Part shown: positions 30,027-38,834 of the stretch, piece after piece
How the letters are laid out: each line of letters begins with the position of its first letter
Numbering within the stretch: the first letter of the stretch is position 1
Assembly (NCBI GenBank): GCA_965368905.1
Contig: CBDUOS010000001.1
Span: 1 to 63,649, forward strand
DNA length: 63,649 nt
Direction of reading: 5' to 3'
DNA from: an uncultured Bdellovibrionales bacterium
GTDB lineage: Bacteria; Bdellovibrionota; Bdellovibrionia; Bdellovibrionales; JAGQZY01
The notes under the pieces: generated by a model
Told to the model about the DNA's origin: nothing
The model's input: the letters and a program-made list of their open reading frames with translations, nothing else
The model's database searches: none
Made by a program: the position numbers and the translations under genes

Positions 30027-31232
30027 ATGAAGCTCAAAGGTAAGAAGAAAATTGGACTGGCCCTTAGTGGTGGAGGAATTAAAGCCGCCGCTTTTCATAT
30101 TGGTGTGTGTTTAGCACTCAAAGAAAAGGGCTTTCGATTTGCTGGAGGCACCAAAGAAGAGGTGGCCAGTAAGTACTCAGATGATGACAAGGTGATTAAG
30201 CTATACGTAGGATCCAGTGCTGGAGCTGTTATTAGCACCTTCCTAGCCAGTGGATACTCACTTCAAGCTATTATTTCGGCCTTTGAAAAAGGGGCCGAAT
30301 GGGACCTTAAAGGCCTGCGGCAGGAAGATGATTTCGCAGAATCTTTGCGGCCTATATCTTATACGGACATCTTTGCGATCAATGGAAAAAATTGGCTTAA
30401 AATGGTTCCTAACATGATTAAGAATCGGTCGATTCTGTCAGGTGGCCTCGAAGCCATGGTGAAAAATGGCCTGAAAATCAATGGCCTGGTTACGGCTAAA
30501 GGTCTAGAGAAATATATTCGAAATAATGTTTGGCCAGAAAATACTTTTGAATCCTTAGGTGTAGAATTATATATCGTTGCCACCCAACTCAATCATTCTC
30601 GAAAAGTAATTTTTGGTGATTTTGAAGAGACATCAAAAATTAAACATATTGGGTGGGCCAACTATGCCAAAGTCTCGGAAGCCGTTGCAGCATCAGCGAG
30701 CCTTCCTCCAGTTTTTGCACCTTATGGAATTGTGAATGAACGTGGAAAAGAGATCTTCTATTTTGATGGAGAAATTCGCGACACACTTTCGACACATGTT
30801 GCCAAAGATCACGGTTGTGATCTAGTCATCGCTAGCTACAGCATTCAACCCTATCACTATAATGAAAACATGGGGTCTTTACATGAATATGGAATTCCTC
30901 TAATTTTCAACCAAGCTTTGTATCAAGTGGTACAGCAGAAAATTGAAACTCATATTTCAACCCAAAATGCCGTCGATAAAATCTATCATGCCATCCGCGG
31001 TTACTTTAAACAAAAACAACTGCCCGAAGAAGACATGCATAAACTTCTTAATATTATTGAACAAAGAGCAGACTACCGACCTGATGTGGACTATCTCTAC
31101 ATTCACCCCAATCCACACGATTATGAGATGTTTTTCGCCGATCATTTCAGCCTTAACCCGAAAATCCTTTCAAAGATTGTGCAAACTGGTTTCCGTTCGG
31201 CTATTAATGTCCTAAGAAAGCACGATATATAA
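30027..31232 (+). CDS. Patatin-like phospholipase
   Basis: Oxyanion motif LALSGGGIKAAAFHIGV, nucleophile GSSAGA (GxSxG) and the catalytic Asp motif FDGEIRD (DGx). I place the start at MKLKGKKKIG (ATG at 30027). Confidence 0.85.
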   Translation: MKLKGKKKIGLALSGGGIKAAAFHIGVCLALKEKGFRFAGGTKEEVASKYSDDDKVIKLYVGSSAGAVISTFLASGYSLQAIISAFEKGAEWDLKGLRQEDDFAESLRPISYTDIFAINGKNWLKMVPNMIKNRSILSGGLEAMVKNGLKINGLVTAKGLEKYIRNNVWPENTFESLGVELYIVATQLNHSRKVIFGDFEETSKIKHIGWANYAKVSEAVAASASLPPVFAPYGIVNERGKEIFYFDGEIRDTLSTHVAKDHGCDLVIASYSIQPYHYNENMGSLHEYGIPLIFNQALYQVVQQKIETHISTQNAVDKIYHAIRGYFKQKQLPEEDMHKLLNIIEQRADYRPDVDYLYIHPNPHDYEMFFADHFSLNPKILSKIVQTGFRSAINVLRKHDI

Positions 31233-31242
31233 AGGACCAAGA

Positions 31243-31977
31243 ATGATTAGCCCCTATGGTACAGAACGTGAGTTCACCATCGACCCTGGTTGCCCCTGGT
31301 ATGAAGCTCAACAGACATATGGCCCTCCAAATGTGAATTGGTGCGAACCAACTACTTGTGCCCTCATCAATGAACCCATCAACACTTGGACCAATATGGG
31401 TCTTGTATTGGTTGGAGTTTATATTTTATTTAGGTTTAAAAGCTACTTAGGTCGTTTTTTGGGTGGGACTGTTTTAATGATGGGTGTTTTTTCTTTTATC
31501 TATCACGCTTCAAATAACTTTCTCACCCAGTACCTCGACTTTCTCGGTATGTTTACTGTGATGAGCTTTATCTTTGCCGGATCTCTTTTGCGTTTTTTTA
31601 AAGCCAGCCAAGGTTCATTCTTTAATTGGTATTGGTTTATTTTCGCTATGCACTGTGTGATATTTATGATCTTTCATATCAGCAAAATCCCCGTTCAATA
31701 CATTATGTATGTCAGCCTTGGCCCCGTCATCTTGCTAGAATTGCTTATATTTTTAAGAACAAAACAATTTTCTGAGCAGAAGTTCTTTTTTGCGGGTGTA
31801 TTTTTAACCGTCTTGGCGCAAGTGATCGCGATCACCGATATACAACGGATTTATTGCAATCCTAATGGTTGGATCCACGGTCATGCCCTTTGGCACTTGA
31901 TCGGGGCACCAGCGGCATACTGTCTAGCACGCCACTATGACCATCATTTTCTGAATTCACGATCCAACTGGGTTTAA
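31243..31977 (+). CDS. Alkaline-ceramidase-family (ACER/YPC1-like) 7-TM membrane hydrolase
   Basis: 244 aa with about 7 TM helices. It contains NWCEP...INEPINTWTN, YHASNN and HGHALWHLIG, the hallmark WCE / NT.SN / H..WH motifs of the ceramidase family (PF05875), recalled from memory. Confidence 0.6.
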   Translation: MISPYGTEREFTIDPGCPWYEAQQTYGPPNVNWCEPTTCALINEPINTWTNMGLVLVGVYILFRFKSYLGRFLGGTVLMMGVFSFIYHASNNFLTQYLDFLGMFTVMSFIFAGSLLRFFKASQGSFFNWYWFIFAMHCVIFMIFHISKIPVQYIMYVSLGPVILLELLIFLRTKQFSEQKFFFAGVFLTVLAQVIAITDIQRIYCNPNGWIHGHALWHLIGAPAAYCLARHYDHHFLNSRSNWV

Positions 31978-34010
31978 AAAGAATATTGCGCCCGAGCACC
32001 CCATTGAAGAGGGGTTGCGTTTTGCTCATACAAGCGAGCGTTAAAGTTGGGCGGTTCATTACCAAAAAAGAATCCCCTTTGCGAATATCGCTTATTAAAG
32101 AGGTTTTTACCCCAAACTGAAACTTGTAAGTTTTTTCTCAACTCATAGAGCAAACTGGCATTAAATAATTCGTAAGGTTGGGATTGCTCTTCATGACTAT
32201 TTGAATAATAGAATTGATCGCGACCTGTCGTATTTAAATTAAGTTTTATTTTTGATGAAAAGTTTATTACTACACTCAAACTAAACGTGTAGGTTGGAGA
32301 GTGGGCTAGCTCACGCCCATTGTAGCTTTGATTTCTGAGTTCATAGTCTACAAATTCAGCCCGCATAAGTCCCACACTTCCATGCAGTGAGAAATAAGAT
32401 AGTGGCGTCCATTCACCCTGCCACTCTAATCCATAATGATGACTTTGAGCTGCATTATCGACATATAATGTAAATCGGCTGGGATCACTAATATCATCCT
32501 GGCTTGATGTAGTGATTTGATGATGTCTTCGGTCAAGGTAGAAGAAACCCACTTTGTTCCGAAGTTGTTCTCGTTGATAGACCCAGGACAGTTCATAATT
32601 CATAACATATTCAGGGTTATACTCTTGCTGTTCTGTTGTTAGGTTTGTTTCTGGATTGAATCCTGCCCCTTTAAATCCTCTTGCAACCATCGCATGAATG
32701 GTATGATTTTCGCTCGAATAACTATAGCGAATATTAAAGGCAACCGGATAGTTGCTTTTCTGACTGTGAAAACCACCTGTATCTTGATAATCAATTTTCT
32801 GCTCTTCGATTCTCCCGCTCAAATCTAACTGTGATTTTTTTGACCAATGGTAGTTTGTGTTGAACAGTAGAGCGAACTTGTCTGAAGTGTATTCAGCGAT
32901 AAGATCGTCCCGAAGGATTGAATTTCGAAATGAATTCAAATCAGTGTCTTCAGTTTTTCTGTAATAGTGTATCCCATAGGAAATATCCCAAGATCTCCAA
33001 CGATTTTGAATAATAGATTTCATATGAAAATTTGTTTTTCTTCTATTGTGCTCTTTGAAGTAGTCATAGTTCTTATTCCAACCTGGAACAGAAATCCAAT
33101 AGGCATTGTTGTTCCAATCTTCATCATATGACACATATTGATCTGAATGACTGTAGGAACCTATCAAAAGAAGAAAGGAACTCTCAGACAATGGTGTCGT
33201 CCATTCAATGGAATGACCATGAGTGAGCTGATCATCTTTCCCCTTTTTATCAGAAAGAACTATGTAACTGCTATCGGTATTCCAAAAGTCATTGCCATTT
33301 CTGTTTTCCCCTAAAATATGACTTGTTCGTAAAAAGGATGATCCAATCTCGATTTCCCATCCTAAATTTGCGAATGTTTCAAAACGTTTAGATGTGTCTT
33401 CTTGAAGATACAGATTGTAGAAGAAACCATTGGACTCACTAAGCTGAACACCCGCTTTTACTGAAACAACTTCAGACAACGGAATATTCACTTGTCCGCC
33501 TAACACTTTTTGATCCTGAGACCCCGTACCACCCCAGATCGACATGTTTTTCATCGATGCTTTTGAACTCGTTACAAGTACGTTCCCGCCTAAAGAAGAG
33601 TCGCCATATAAAAAGGTTTGCGGCCCTTTCAATACCTCCACTTGGCTGACATCGTAGAGGGAAACCACACCACTCAACCCACCCAAATCAATATGATCAT
33701 AAAAAAATCCAACAGAATTTGATGGCATAGAGTCGTACTCGCTTCTCTCCCCAATTCCTCTAATATTGAAGTAACGTATACGATTTGTGCTGCTGGAAGT
33801 GTTCATATTTGAAAAATGATCCCATAGATTTTCACTATGGAACAAGCTTTCTCCCTCCACGGTACTTTTCAAAAGCGTTTCATGCGGGGGATTAGCAAGA
33901 TGAAAAAATTCATCCTTTTTTCCTTCGACCCTAATTCTTTCTGTTTCTTCTAAATATGCTTTTGAACTTACCGCAATGACTAGACAAAAAATGCATGTGA
34001 ACACCTTCAC
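31974..34010 (-). CDS. TonB-dependent outer-membrane receptor, thiamine-related cargo predicted
   Basis: 678 aa with a signal peptide, a plug region (FNIRGIGERS, VEVLKGPQTFLYGDSSLGG), a long beta-barrel and a terminal aromatic residue (...AQYSF). The GTG start lies directly downstream of a TPP riboswitch. Confidence 0.85.
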   Translation of the reverse strand: MKVFTCIFCLVIAVSSKAYLEETERIRVEGKKDEFFHLANPPHETLLKSTVEGESLFHSENLWDHFSNMNTSSSTNRIRYFNIRGIGERSEYDSMPSNSVGFFYDHIDLGGLSGVVSLYDVSQVEVLKGPQTFLYGDSSLGGNVLVTSSKASMKNMSIWGGTGSQDQKVLGGQVNIPLSEVVSVKAGVQLSESNGFFYNLYLQEDTSKRFETFANLGWEIEIGSSFLRTSHILGENRNGNDFWNTDSSYIVLSDKKGKDDQLTHGHSIEWTTPLSESSFLLLIGSYSHSDQYVSYDEDWNNNAYWISVPGWNKNYDYFKEHNRRKTNFHMKSIIQNRWRSWDISYGIHYYRKTEDTDLNSFRNSILRDDLIAEYTSDKFALLFNTNYHWSKKSQLDLSGRIEEQKIDYQDTGGFHSQKSNYPVAFNIRYSYSSENHTIHAMVARGFKGAGFNPETNLTTEQQEYNPEYVMNYELSWVYQREQLRNKVGFFYLDRRHHQITTSSQDDISDPSRFTLYVDNAAQSHHYGLEWQGEWTPLSYFSLHGSVGLMRAEFVDYELRNQSYNGRELAHSPTYTFSLSVVINFSSKIKLNLNTTGRDQFYYSNSHEEQSQPYELFNASLLYELRKNLQVSVWGKNLFNKRYSQRGFFFGNEPPNFNARLYEQNATPLQWGARAQYSF

Positions 34011-34013
34011 AAG

Positions 34014-34102
34014 GCCCCCTTTCCTACGCCAGTATTAACCGGATCAGGTTCAAGGGTTCACACAACTGAGTGTATCTCAGGCCAAAGCCACCCCTAGGTT
34101 TG
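34014..34102 (-). promoter_or_regulatory. TPP (THI-box) riboswitch
   Basis: The minus strand reads CUAGGGGUGGCUUUGGCCUGAGAUACACUCAGUUGUGUGAACCCUUGAACCUGAUCCGGUUAAUACUGGCGUAGGAAAGGGGG. It contains the invariant THI-element blocks GGGGUG, CUGAGA, ACCC and GAACCUGAUC.GGUUAAUAC..GCGUAGGAA. Its 3' end overlaps the SD and lies a few nt from the GTG start. Confidence 0.9.
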
Positions 34103-34167
34103 AGAACACCAATAAACTTCACTCAAACAGGAGTCAATATTCATATTTTTGTAATATGTAAGATTAA

Positions 34168-34998
34168 TTAAGAAAGGTCGGGCTCTTTTAATCTGGTAAA
34201 TTCATTCGTCGGACGGGTAATTTTATTGCGAATGAGTATTTGGTTTCCTCTTTCAAAAATATCGGATTGAAAATCTTTTTCAAAGCGAACATCAAAAACA
34301 TAGGCTTTAACTTTCAATCGCATAACCAATTGGTAGTTTTTGTATACTTCCTCGACAATTATTTTGATGGGTTTTTTTAAGAAAACAAACCGACTGGTCG
34401 CTACAACTTGATAGAGGAGAGTTTTTGCTTTGCCTATATCAGCATCTAATGACAAGTGAAAATCACAAACCACCATCATATCTAGAGCTCCTGAGTTTCC
34501 AGATGCTACATATTCCGACATGAATTTGGAGTTGGGTATTGTGACCTCATTGTCATCAAGGGTTTGTAGTCTTACAGCTCGTAAACCGATATTTGTGATT
34601 TCCCCGTAAGTTTCACCAAATGTGACTCGATCACCAACTTGAAAAGGACGATCAAAAAGCAAAGTTACCCCCGCCACGATTGAACCCACTAAATCTTTTA
34701 ATGAGAAACCAATAGCAACAGCGGCAGAGCCACCCAATCCAATCAACAGTTCTTTTGAGGGGCGTAGGACTCCAAAAACTAAACCTACAGTTCCAAAAAT
34801 ATAAAGACAAAATGAAAGAATTGTTGTGATTTGCAAAAACTGAAGTCTGTAGTTCGGAGCAGTCTCACTTAACCTCTCAGAGAGCTGTTTTAAAAGGTTA
34901 CCTACAATGACAACCGCCACCAAGCCCAGAATAACAAAAATAATCTTTTGGAATTGTAAGAGTTGAAAAAAATCCGACAAACTATCCGTTGATTTCAT
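34168..34998 (-). CDS. Small-conductance mechanosensitive channel (MscS family)
   Basis: 276 aa with 3 TM helices and the MscS pore/beta domain GSIVAGVTLLFDRPFQVGDRVTFGETYGEITNIGLRAVRLQTLDDNEVTIPNSKF. Confidence 0.85.
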   Translation of the reverse strand: MKSTDSLSDFFQLLQFQKIIFVILGLVAVVIVGNLLKQLSERLSETAPNYRLQFLQITTILSFCLYIFGTVGLVFGVLRPSKELLIGLGGSAAVAIGFSLKDLVGSIVAGVTLLFDRPFQVGDRVTFGETYGEITNIGLRAVRLQTLDDNEVTIPNSKFMSEYVASGNSGALDMMVVCDFHLSLDADIGKAKTLLYQVVATSRFVFLKKPIKIIVEEVYKNYQLVMRLKVKAYVFDVRFEKDFQSDIFERGNQILIRNKITRPTNEFTRLKEPDLS

Positions 34999-37306
34999 AT
35001 ATTAAGTTTTTCCCTCGTAGATATTTTTTCAAATCATCGATCCACTCTAGGCGAACGGTATACCGCCCCCCCTCTTCCTTTAGAAATCCTTCTTCCAGTC
35101 CACGATAGATAGCCTGTTTAACCATCGCACGCGGTAGATTTGTAGCACGAGAAGCCTCGCTAATATTCAAGTTTTCATGTTTCATCAAGCTCGCATAAAC
35201 AAAATGCATCTCTTGGTGTAACTTTGATAACTCACCGACTGGATTCTCAAAAGGTAGGCAGACTTTTAGATGGTTGGGACCCACTCTCCGCAAACTTTTA
35301 AACCAATAATAGATCGCCAATCCTGGATTGCCATGTGACCTTTCCCAAATAAGATAAAAATATCGATTTTCGGCCGAAGTCACTTCTTCGTTCAGTCTTT
35401 GATTGGAACGAAAAATTTGATCGTAGTCCAGTTTATAGTCTAGCTGACTATGAAAGGTTAAAATCATCTCTTTAATTTCTTGGGCCGACCAACGTGGCAA
35501 AGTCAGCTCTAAACGGAAGTATTGGTTTTCACCCTGAATGCTATTCAAGAATTGCCAAGAATACTCATTATAGGATGCAATCCAAAATATATTATCAAAC
35601 TCTTCAGTCTTTTCTAGAAACATTTGATAGATTTTGAATCCACCAATTGTAGATAGGAACAAATTGTGAGCATTATCTAATAAGACAATCACCTTTTCTT
35701 CTTTAGATTTTTTAAAGACTGGGTCTAACAATTGCTCAAATGATTTTTCTGTGAATACCCTTGGTGGAACCGAAATGGACTCACATCTATAGTTCTTGTT
35801 TTCAAAATAACTAGCCGATTGCTTTAAAAAAACTGATTTCCCAGAACCTTTTGGGCCATAAATGGCGACAGTTTGCTCCATATTCTGGTCTTCGATCCAA
35901 GCTTCAACTTGTCTATCAATTCTTTTAAAAAAATCTTTTTCAAAAACAAAATTTTTCCATGAATCGTTACAGGTTTCCAAAAATTTCTCTTTGTACTCAT
36001 CATCAATTTTCTCGAGACCAGAGGAGTCGCTCCTTGTCGATTCATATTTTACGCGCAGCACACGAGCATATAGAACTTTAGCTAAGTCAAATTGTGAGCT
36101 CCAGCTCACTAATTTTTCAATGGTGAAGTGAAAAACAATCAGAATTAGTCCGGGTAAACTTAAAAATAAAGAGTAACGGTTTTCCATTCGGGCCGCATAT
36201 TTCTGGAAAAAAATAATATTGGTATTCTTCAAGTACTTTTCAATTTCTAGCTCCCAACGAGCCGAAACATAAAACAGCATAAAAAGAATCAATAGGCCGA
36301 AAAAGGGCTCAATTAAAAAGAAAATCAACGATTGGCCAAGAATACTATGAAAAGCAGCTTTCAGAGAATAGATAACCAAAAGTACCGACCCCAAAAACTT
36401 TGAAGTATTTTGAATTTTTTTATTCAAATGTTCCTTGGAATCCATTGGTAACTTAGAAACAAACTCCCGTAACCCTAGTTCCAATGTCACTCGGAATAAC
36501 TTGTAGTATACAAAGTAATAAGCATAAGGCAGCAAATATTTAAACTCTTTGAATTCAGAAAATTCCAATAGGCCAGAAACCATTTCAATCGCTACAAGTG
36601 TAAATAACCAGGGAAGGTACTCACTTAAAACGGGTAGAAAATTGGTTAAATTTCTGTGCCACCGGGATCGAAAACTCAAGTAAAATGATTTTCGTTTTTG
36701 GCTTTCAATTTGTTTTTCAACAACGCGAGATAACCGAATAAAGATAAACGGGATCAATAATAAAGACAGTAGGATTAACAGTTCGAAAACTAAAGAATAG
36801 ACCCCAGATAAACCATCTTTTAACTGGCTTTTAAACCAGAAGGCTTTTTGATAGAAATAAGCAAGAAATTTATAAGGAATAAGAGTGACTTCCATTCCCA
36901 TTCTTCTGAAAGTCTTATTATCTGTATTAAACAAACTGATATTTTGTTTGTTCAATTCTCTCAAATGGTTAGCTCGCACACGACTCACTTTCCGAAGCAA
37001 ACTAAAGCGGCTAGCCACTTCAGCCTGCCAATTTGCCATTGAGGCATTGGATTGAGTCTCGCCTGTATCAGGGACATTATAAAACGAAGCCTTTAAGTGA
37101 TCAGCAACTTTTTCCCAAAGGTCACTCACCTCATTATAGCTTTGTGCAATATTTTTGCTATTCTCAGGTTTACCTAATGTATCAATTTCAATAGCGAGGG
37201 CTTCCGTGGCGGACCGTGCAGAGGTAGCCTCTGCCACTTCTGGAGAGTCTTGTGACCATCCAAAATGAAAAACCAATAGAACCGAGCAAAATGTCGATAA
37301 AAACAT
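34982..37306 (-). CDS. Polytopic membrane protein fused to a cytoplasmic P-loop NTPase and a C-terminal winged-helix domain
   Basis: 774 aa. A signal peptide and a periplasmic coiled-coil-like region of about 140 aa come first, followed by about 8 TM helices. The cytoplasmic part has Walker A AIYGPKGSGKSVF, Walker-B-like VIVLLDNAHNLF and a wHTH-like C-terminus (ISEASRATNLPRAMVKQAIYRGLEEGFL). The gene overlaps the MscS gene by 17 nt. Confidence 0.6.
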   Translation of the reverse strand: MFLSTFCSVLLVFHFGWSQDSPEVAEATSARSATEALAIEIDTLGKPENSKNIAQSYNEVSDLWEKVADHLKASFYNVPDTGETQSNASMANWQAEVASRFSLLRKVSRVRANHLRELNKQNISLFNTDNKTFRRMGMEVTLIPYKFLAYFYQKAFWFKSQLKDGLSGVYSLVFELLILLSLLLIPFIFIRLSRVVEKQIESQKRKSFYLSFRSRWHRNLTNFLPVLSEYLPWLFTLVAIEMVSGLLEFSEFKEFKYLLPYAYYFVYYKLFRVTLELGLREFVSKLPMDSKEHLNKKIQNTSKFLGSVLLVIYSLKAAFHSILGQSLIFFLIEPFFGLLILFMLFYVSARWELEIEKYLKNTNIIFFQKYAARMENRYSLFLSLPGLILIVFHFTIEKLVSWSSQFDLAKVLYARVLRVKYESTRSDSSGLEKIDDEYKEKFLETCNDSWKNFVFEKDFFKRIDRQVEAWIEDQNMEQTVAIYGPKGSGKSVFLKQSASYFENKNYRCESISVPPRVFTEKSFEQLLDPVFKKSKEEKVIVLLDNAHNLFLSTIGGFKIYQMFLEKTEEFDNIFWIASYNEYSWQFLNSIQGENQYFRLELTLPRWSAQEIKEMILTFHSQLDYKLDYDQIFRSNQRLNEEVTSAENRYFYLIWERSHGNPGLAIYYWFKSLRRVGPNHLKVCLPFENPVGELSKLHQEMHFVYASLMKHENLNISEASRATNLPRAMVKQAIYRGLEEGFLKEEGGRYTVRLEWIDDLKKYLRGKNLIYEING

Positions 37307-37334
37307 GGTTTTATTCTACACTGTTCCAGGCAAA

Positions 37335-38834
37335 TTACAGTGATTCTGTTATGGAGCTTTGCACGAAACGGAAAAGACGAGACGACAAAAGACCCAAGAC
37401 CACAACGCCTACAGCCGAGGCCACCACAATCGCTTGTGAAAACATCGCCTCTTTTCTTGCCTTAAAACCTTCACCTTCCACCATGTACATCATCACAACA
37501 GGGCGCAAATAGTAGTAAACACTGATTACAGAACCCAAAACACCGATAAACGTGAGCCAATAGAAGCCTTGTTCAATGGTTGCTGAGAATAGGTAAAACT
37601 TACTGAAAAACCCAACGCTTGGCGGCAATCCGGCTAAGCTGAACAAAAGAAGAGACAAACAAAACGCTAAACCTGGGGAGCTTTTTGACAACCCCTTGAG
37701 ATCGGTCATTAAAATCATTGTGTCTGCATTTTTCTCTAAAACGACTGCTAATGCGAACGTTCCCACTGTCATAACTGAGTAAGCAATCAAATAGAACATC
37801 AAACTCGTAATTCCAGCATCAGAATCCGTACCAAATGAAGCCACGATCACTGCCATAAAAGCATAGCCTGAATGGGCGATACTGGAGTAAGCCAACATTC
37901 TTTTGAAGTTATTCTGCATGATCGCAGCCACATTACCCACTATGACGGTGAGTGCCGCCATCCACTGCATAAACCAAACAAACTTGTCAGAATCTAGTTC
38001 ATAGAAGTCGGCATAAAGGAAGAAGCGTAAGAAAGCGATAAAGGATGCAACTTTCACTGCAGTAGCCATGATACCTGAAATGGGCGAAGCTGCTCCCTGA
38101 TAAACATCGGGAGCCCAAGAATGAAAGGGAACCAAGGCAATTTTAAAGGCAAAACCCACACATGTAAGAATAACGCCAAAACGAAAGAAAACCTCTTTTT
38201 GGAAATCTTGAGATGCCAACCTCCCCATTTCGTGAAGATTGGTACTAGTGTTACCACCCCCACCATAAATAAAAGCAATTCCATAAAGAAGAATCGCTGA
38301 ACCGACGCCTCCCAAAATAAAATATTTAAAAGCTGCTTCTTTAGAAAATAACTTCTCTTTGTTTAAAGCAATCAACAGATAAAGAGAAAGTGACATCAAT
38401 TCAATGGAAATGAAGGTAACGATTAAATTGTTGGACATCACCACAAGAGCCATACCGATGGTCGCATTCAACACTAAAAAAATATGCTCTGAGAATTGGC
38501 GGTCGCGTGTCGCCTTACTGTCATACATAAGGAAAAGACAAAAGCCGACCACCAAATAAATAATATATGAGCCCCAAACGGTGATCCCATCTATTACTAT
38601 CGCTTGAGAAAACGCCTCTACAAAATTCAACTTAGATATTTTCCAAAAACTTTTTACGACCGAAAGGTTTAGAGCCGCAGCACCCACCAAGCCAAAAACG
38701 GCCCACATGAGAGATGTGAAGGGGTTCATCTCTTCCCCATCACGCAATGCTTTCACAGTAAGTGGAATCACACTGGCTATAAAAAGCCAGACAAGAGGAG
38801 CTATTACAATTAGTTCAGATACATTAAAATTCAC
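37335..38834 (-). CDS. nuoN: NADH-quinone oxidoreductase subunit N
   Basis: 499 aa, polytopic antiporter-like subunit. It is last in the nuo order and overlaps nuoM by 11 nt. Confidence 0.85.
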   Translation of the reverse strand: MNFNVSELIVIAPLVWLFIASVIPLTVKALRDGEEMNPFTSLMWAVFGLVGAAALNLSVVKSFWKISKLNFVEAFSQAIVIDGITVWGSYIIYLVVGFCLFLMYDSKATRDRQFSEHIFLVLNATIGMALVVMSNNLIVTFISIELMSLSLYLLIALNKEKLFSKEAAFKYFILGGVGSAILLYGIAFIYGGGGNTSTNLHEMGRLASQDFQKEVFFRFGVILTCVGFAFKIALVPFHSWAPDVYQGAASPISGIMATAVKVASFIAFLRFFLYADFYELDSDKFVWFMQWMAALTVIVGNVAAIMQNNFKRMLAYSSIAHSGYAFMAVIVASFGTDSDAGITSLMFYLIAYSVMTVGTFALAVVLEKNADTMILMTDLKGLSKSSPGLAFCLSLLLFSLAGLPPSVGFFSKFYLFSATIEQGFYWLTFIGVLGSVISVYYYLRPVVMMYMVEGEGFKARKEAMFSQAIVVASAVGVVVLGLLSSRLFRFVQSSITESL

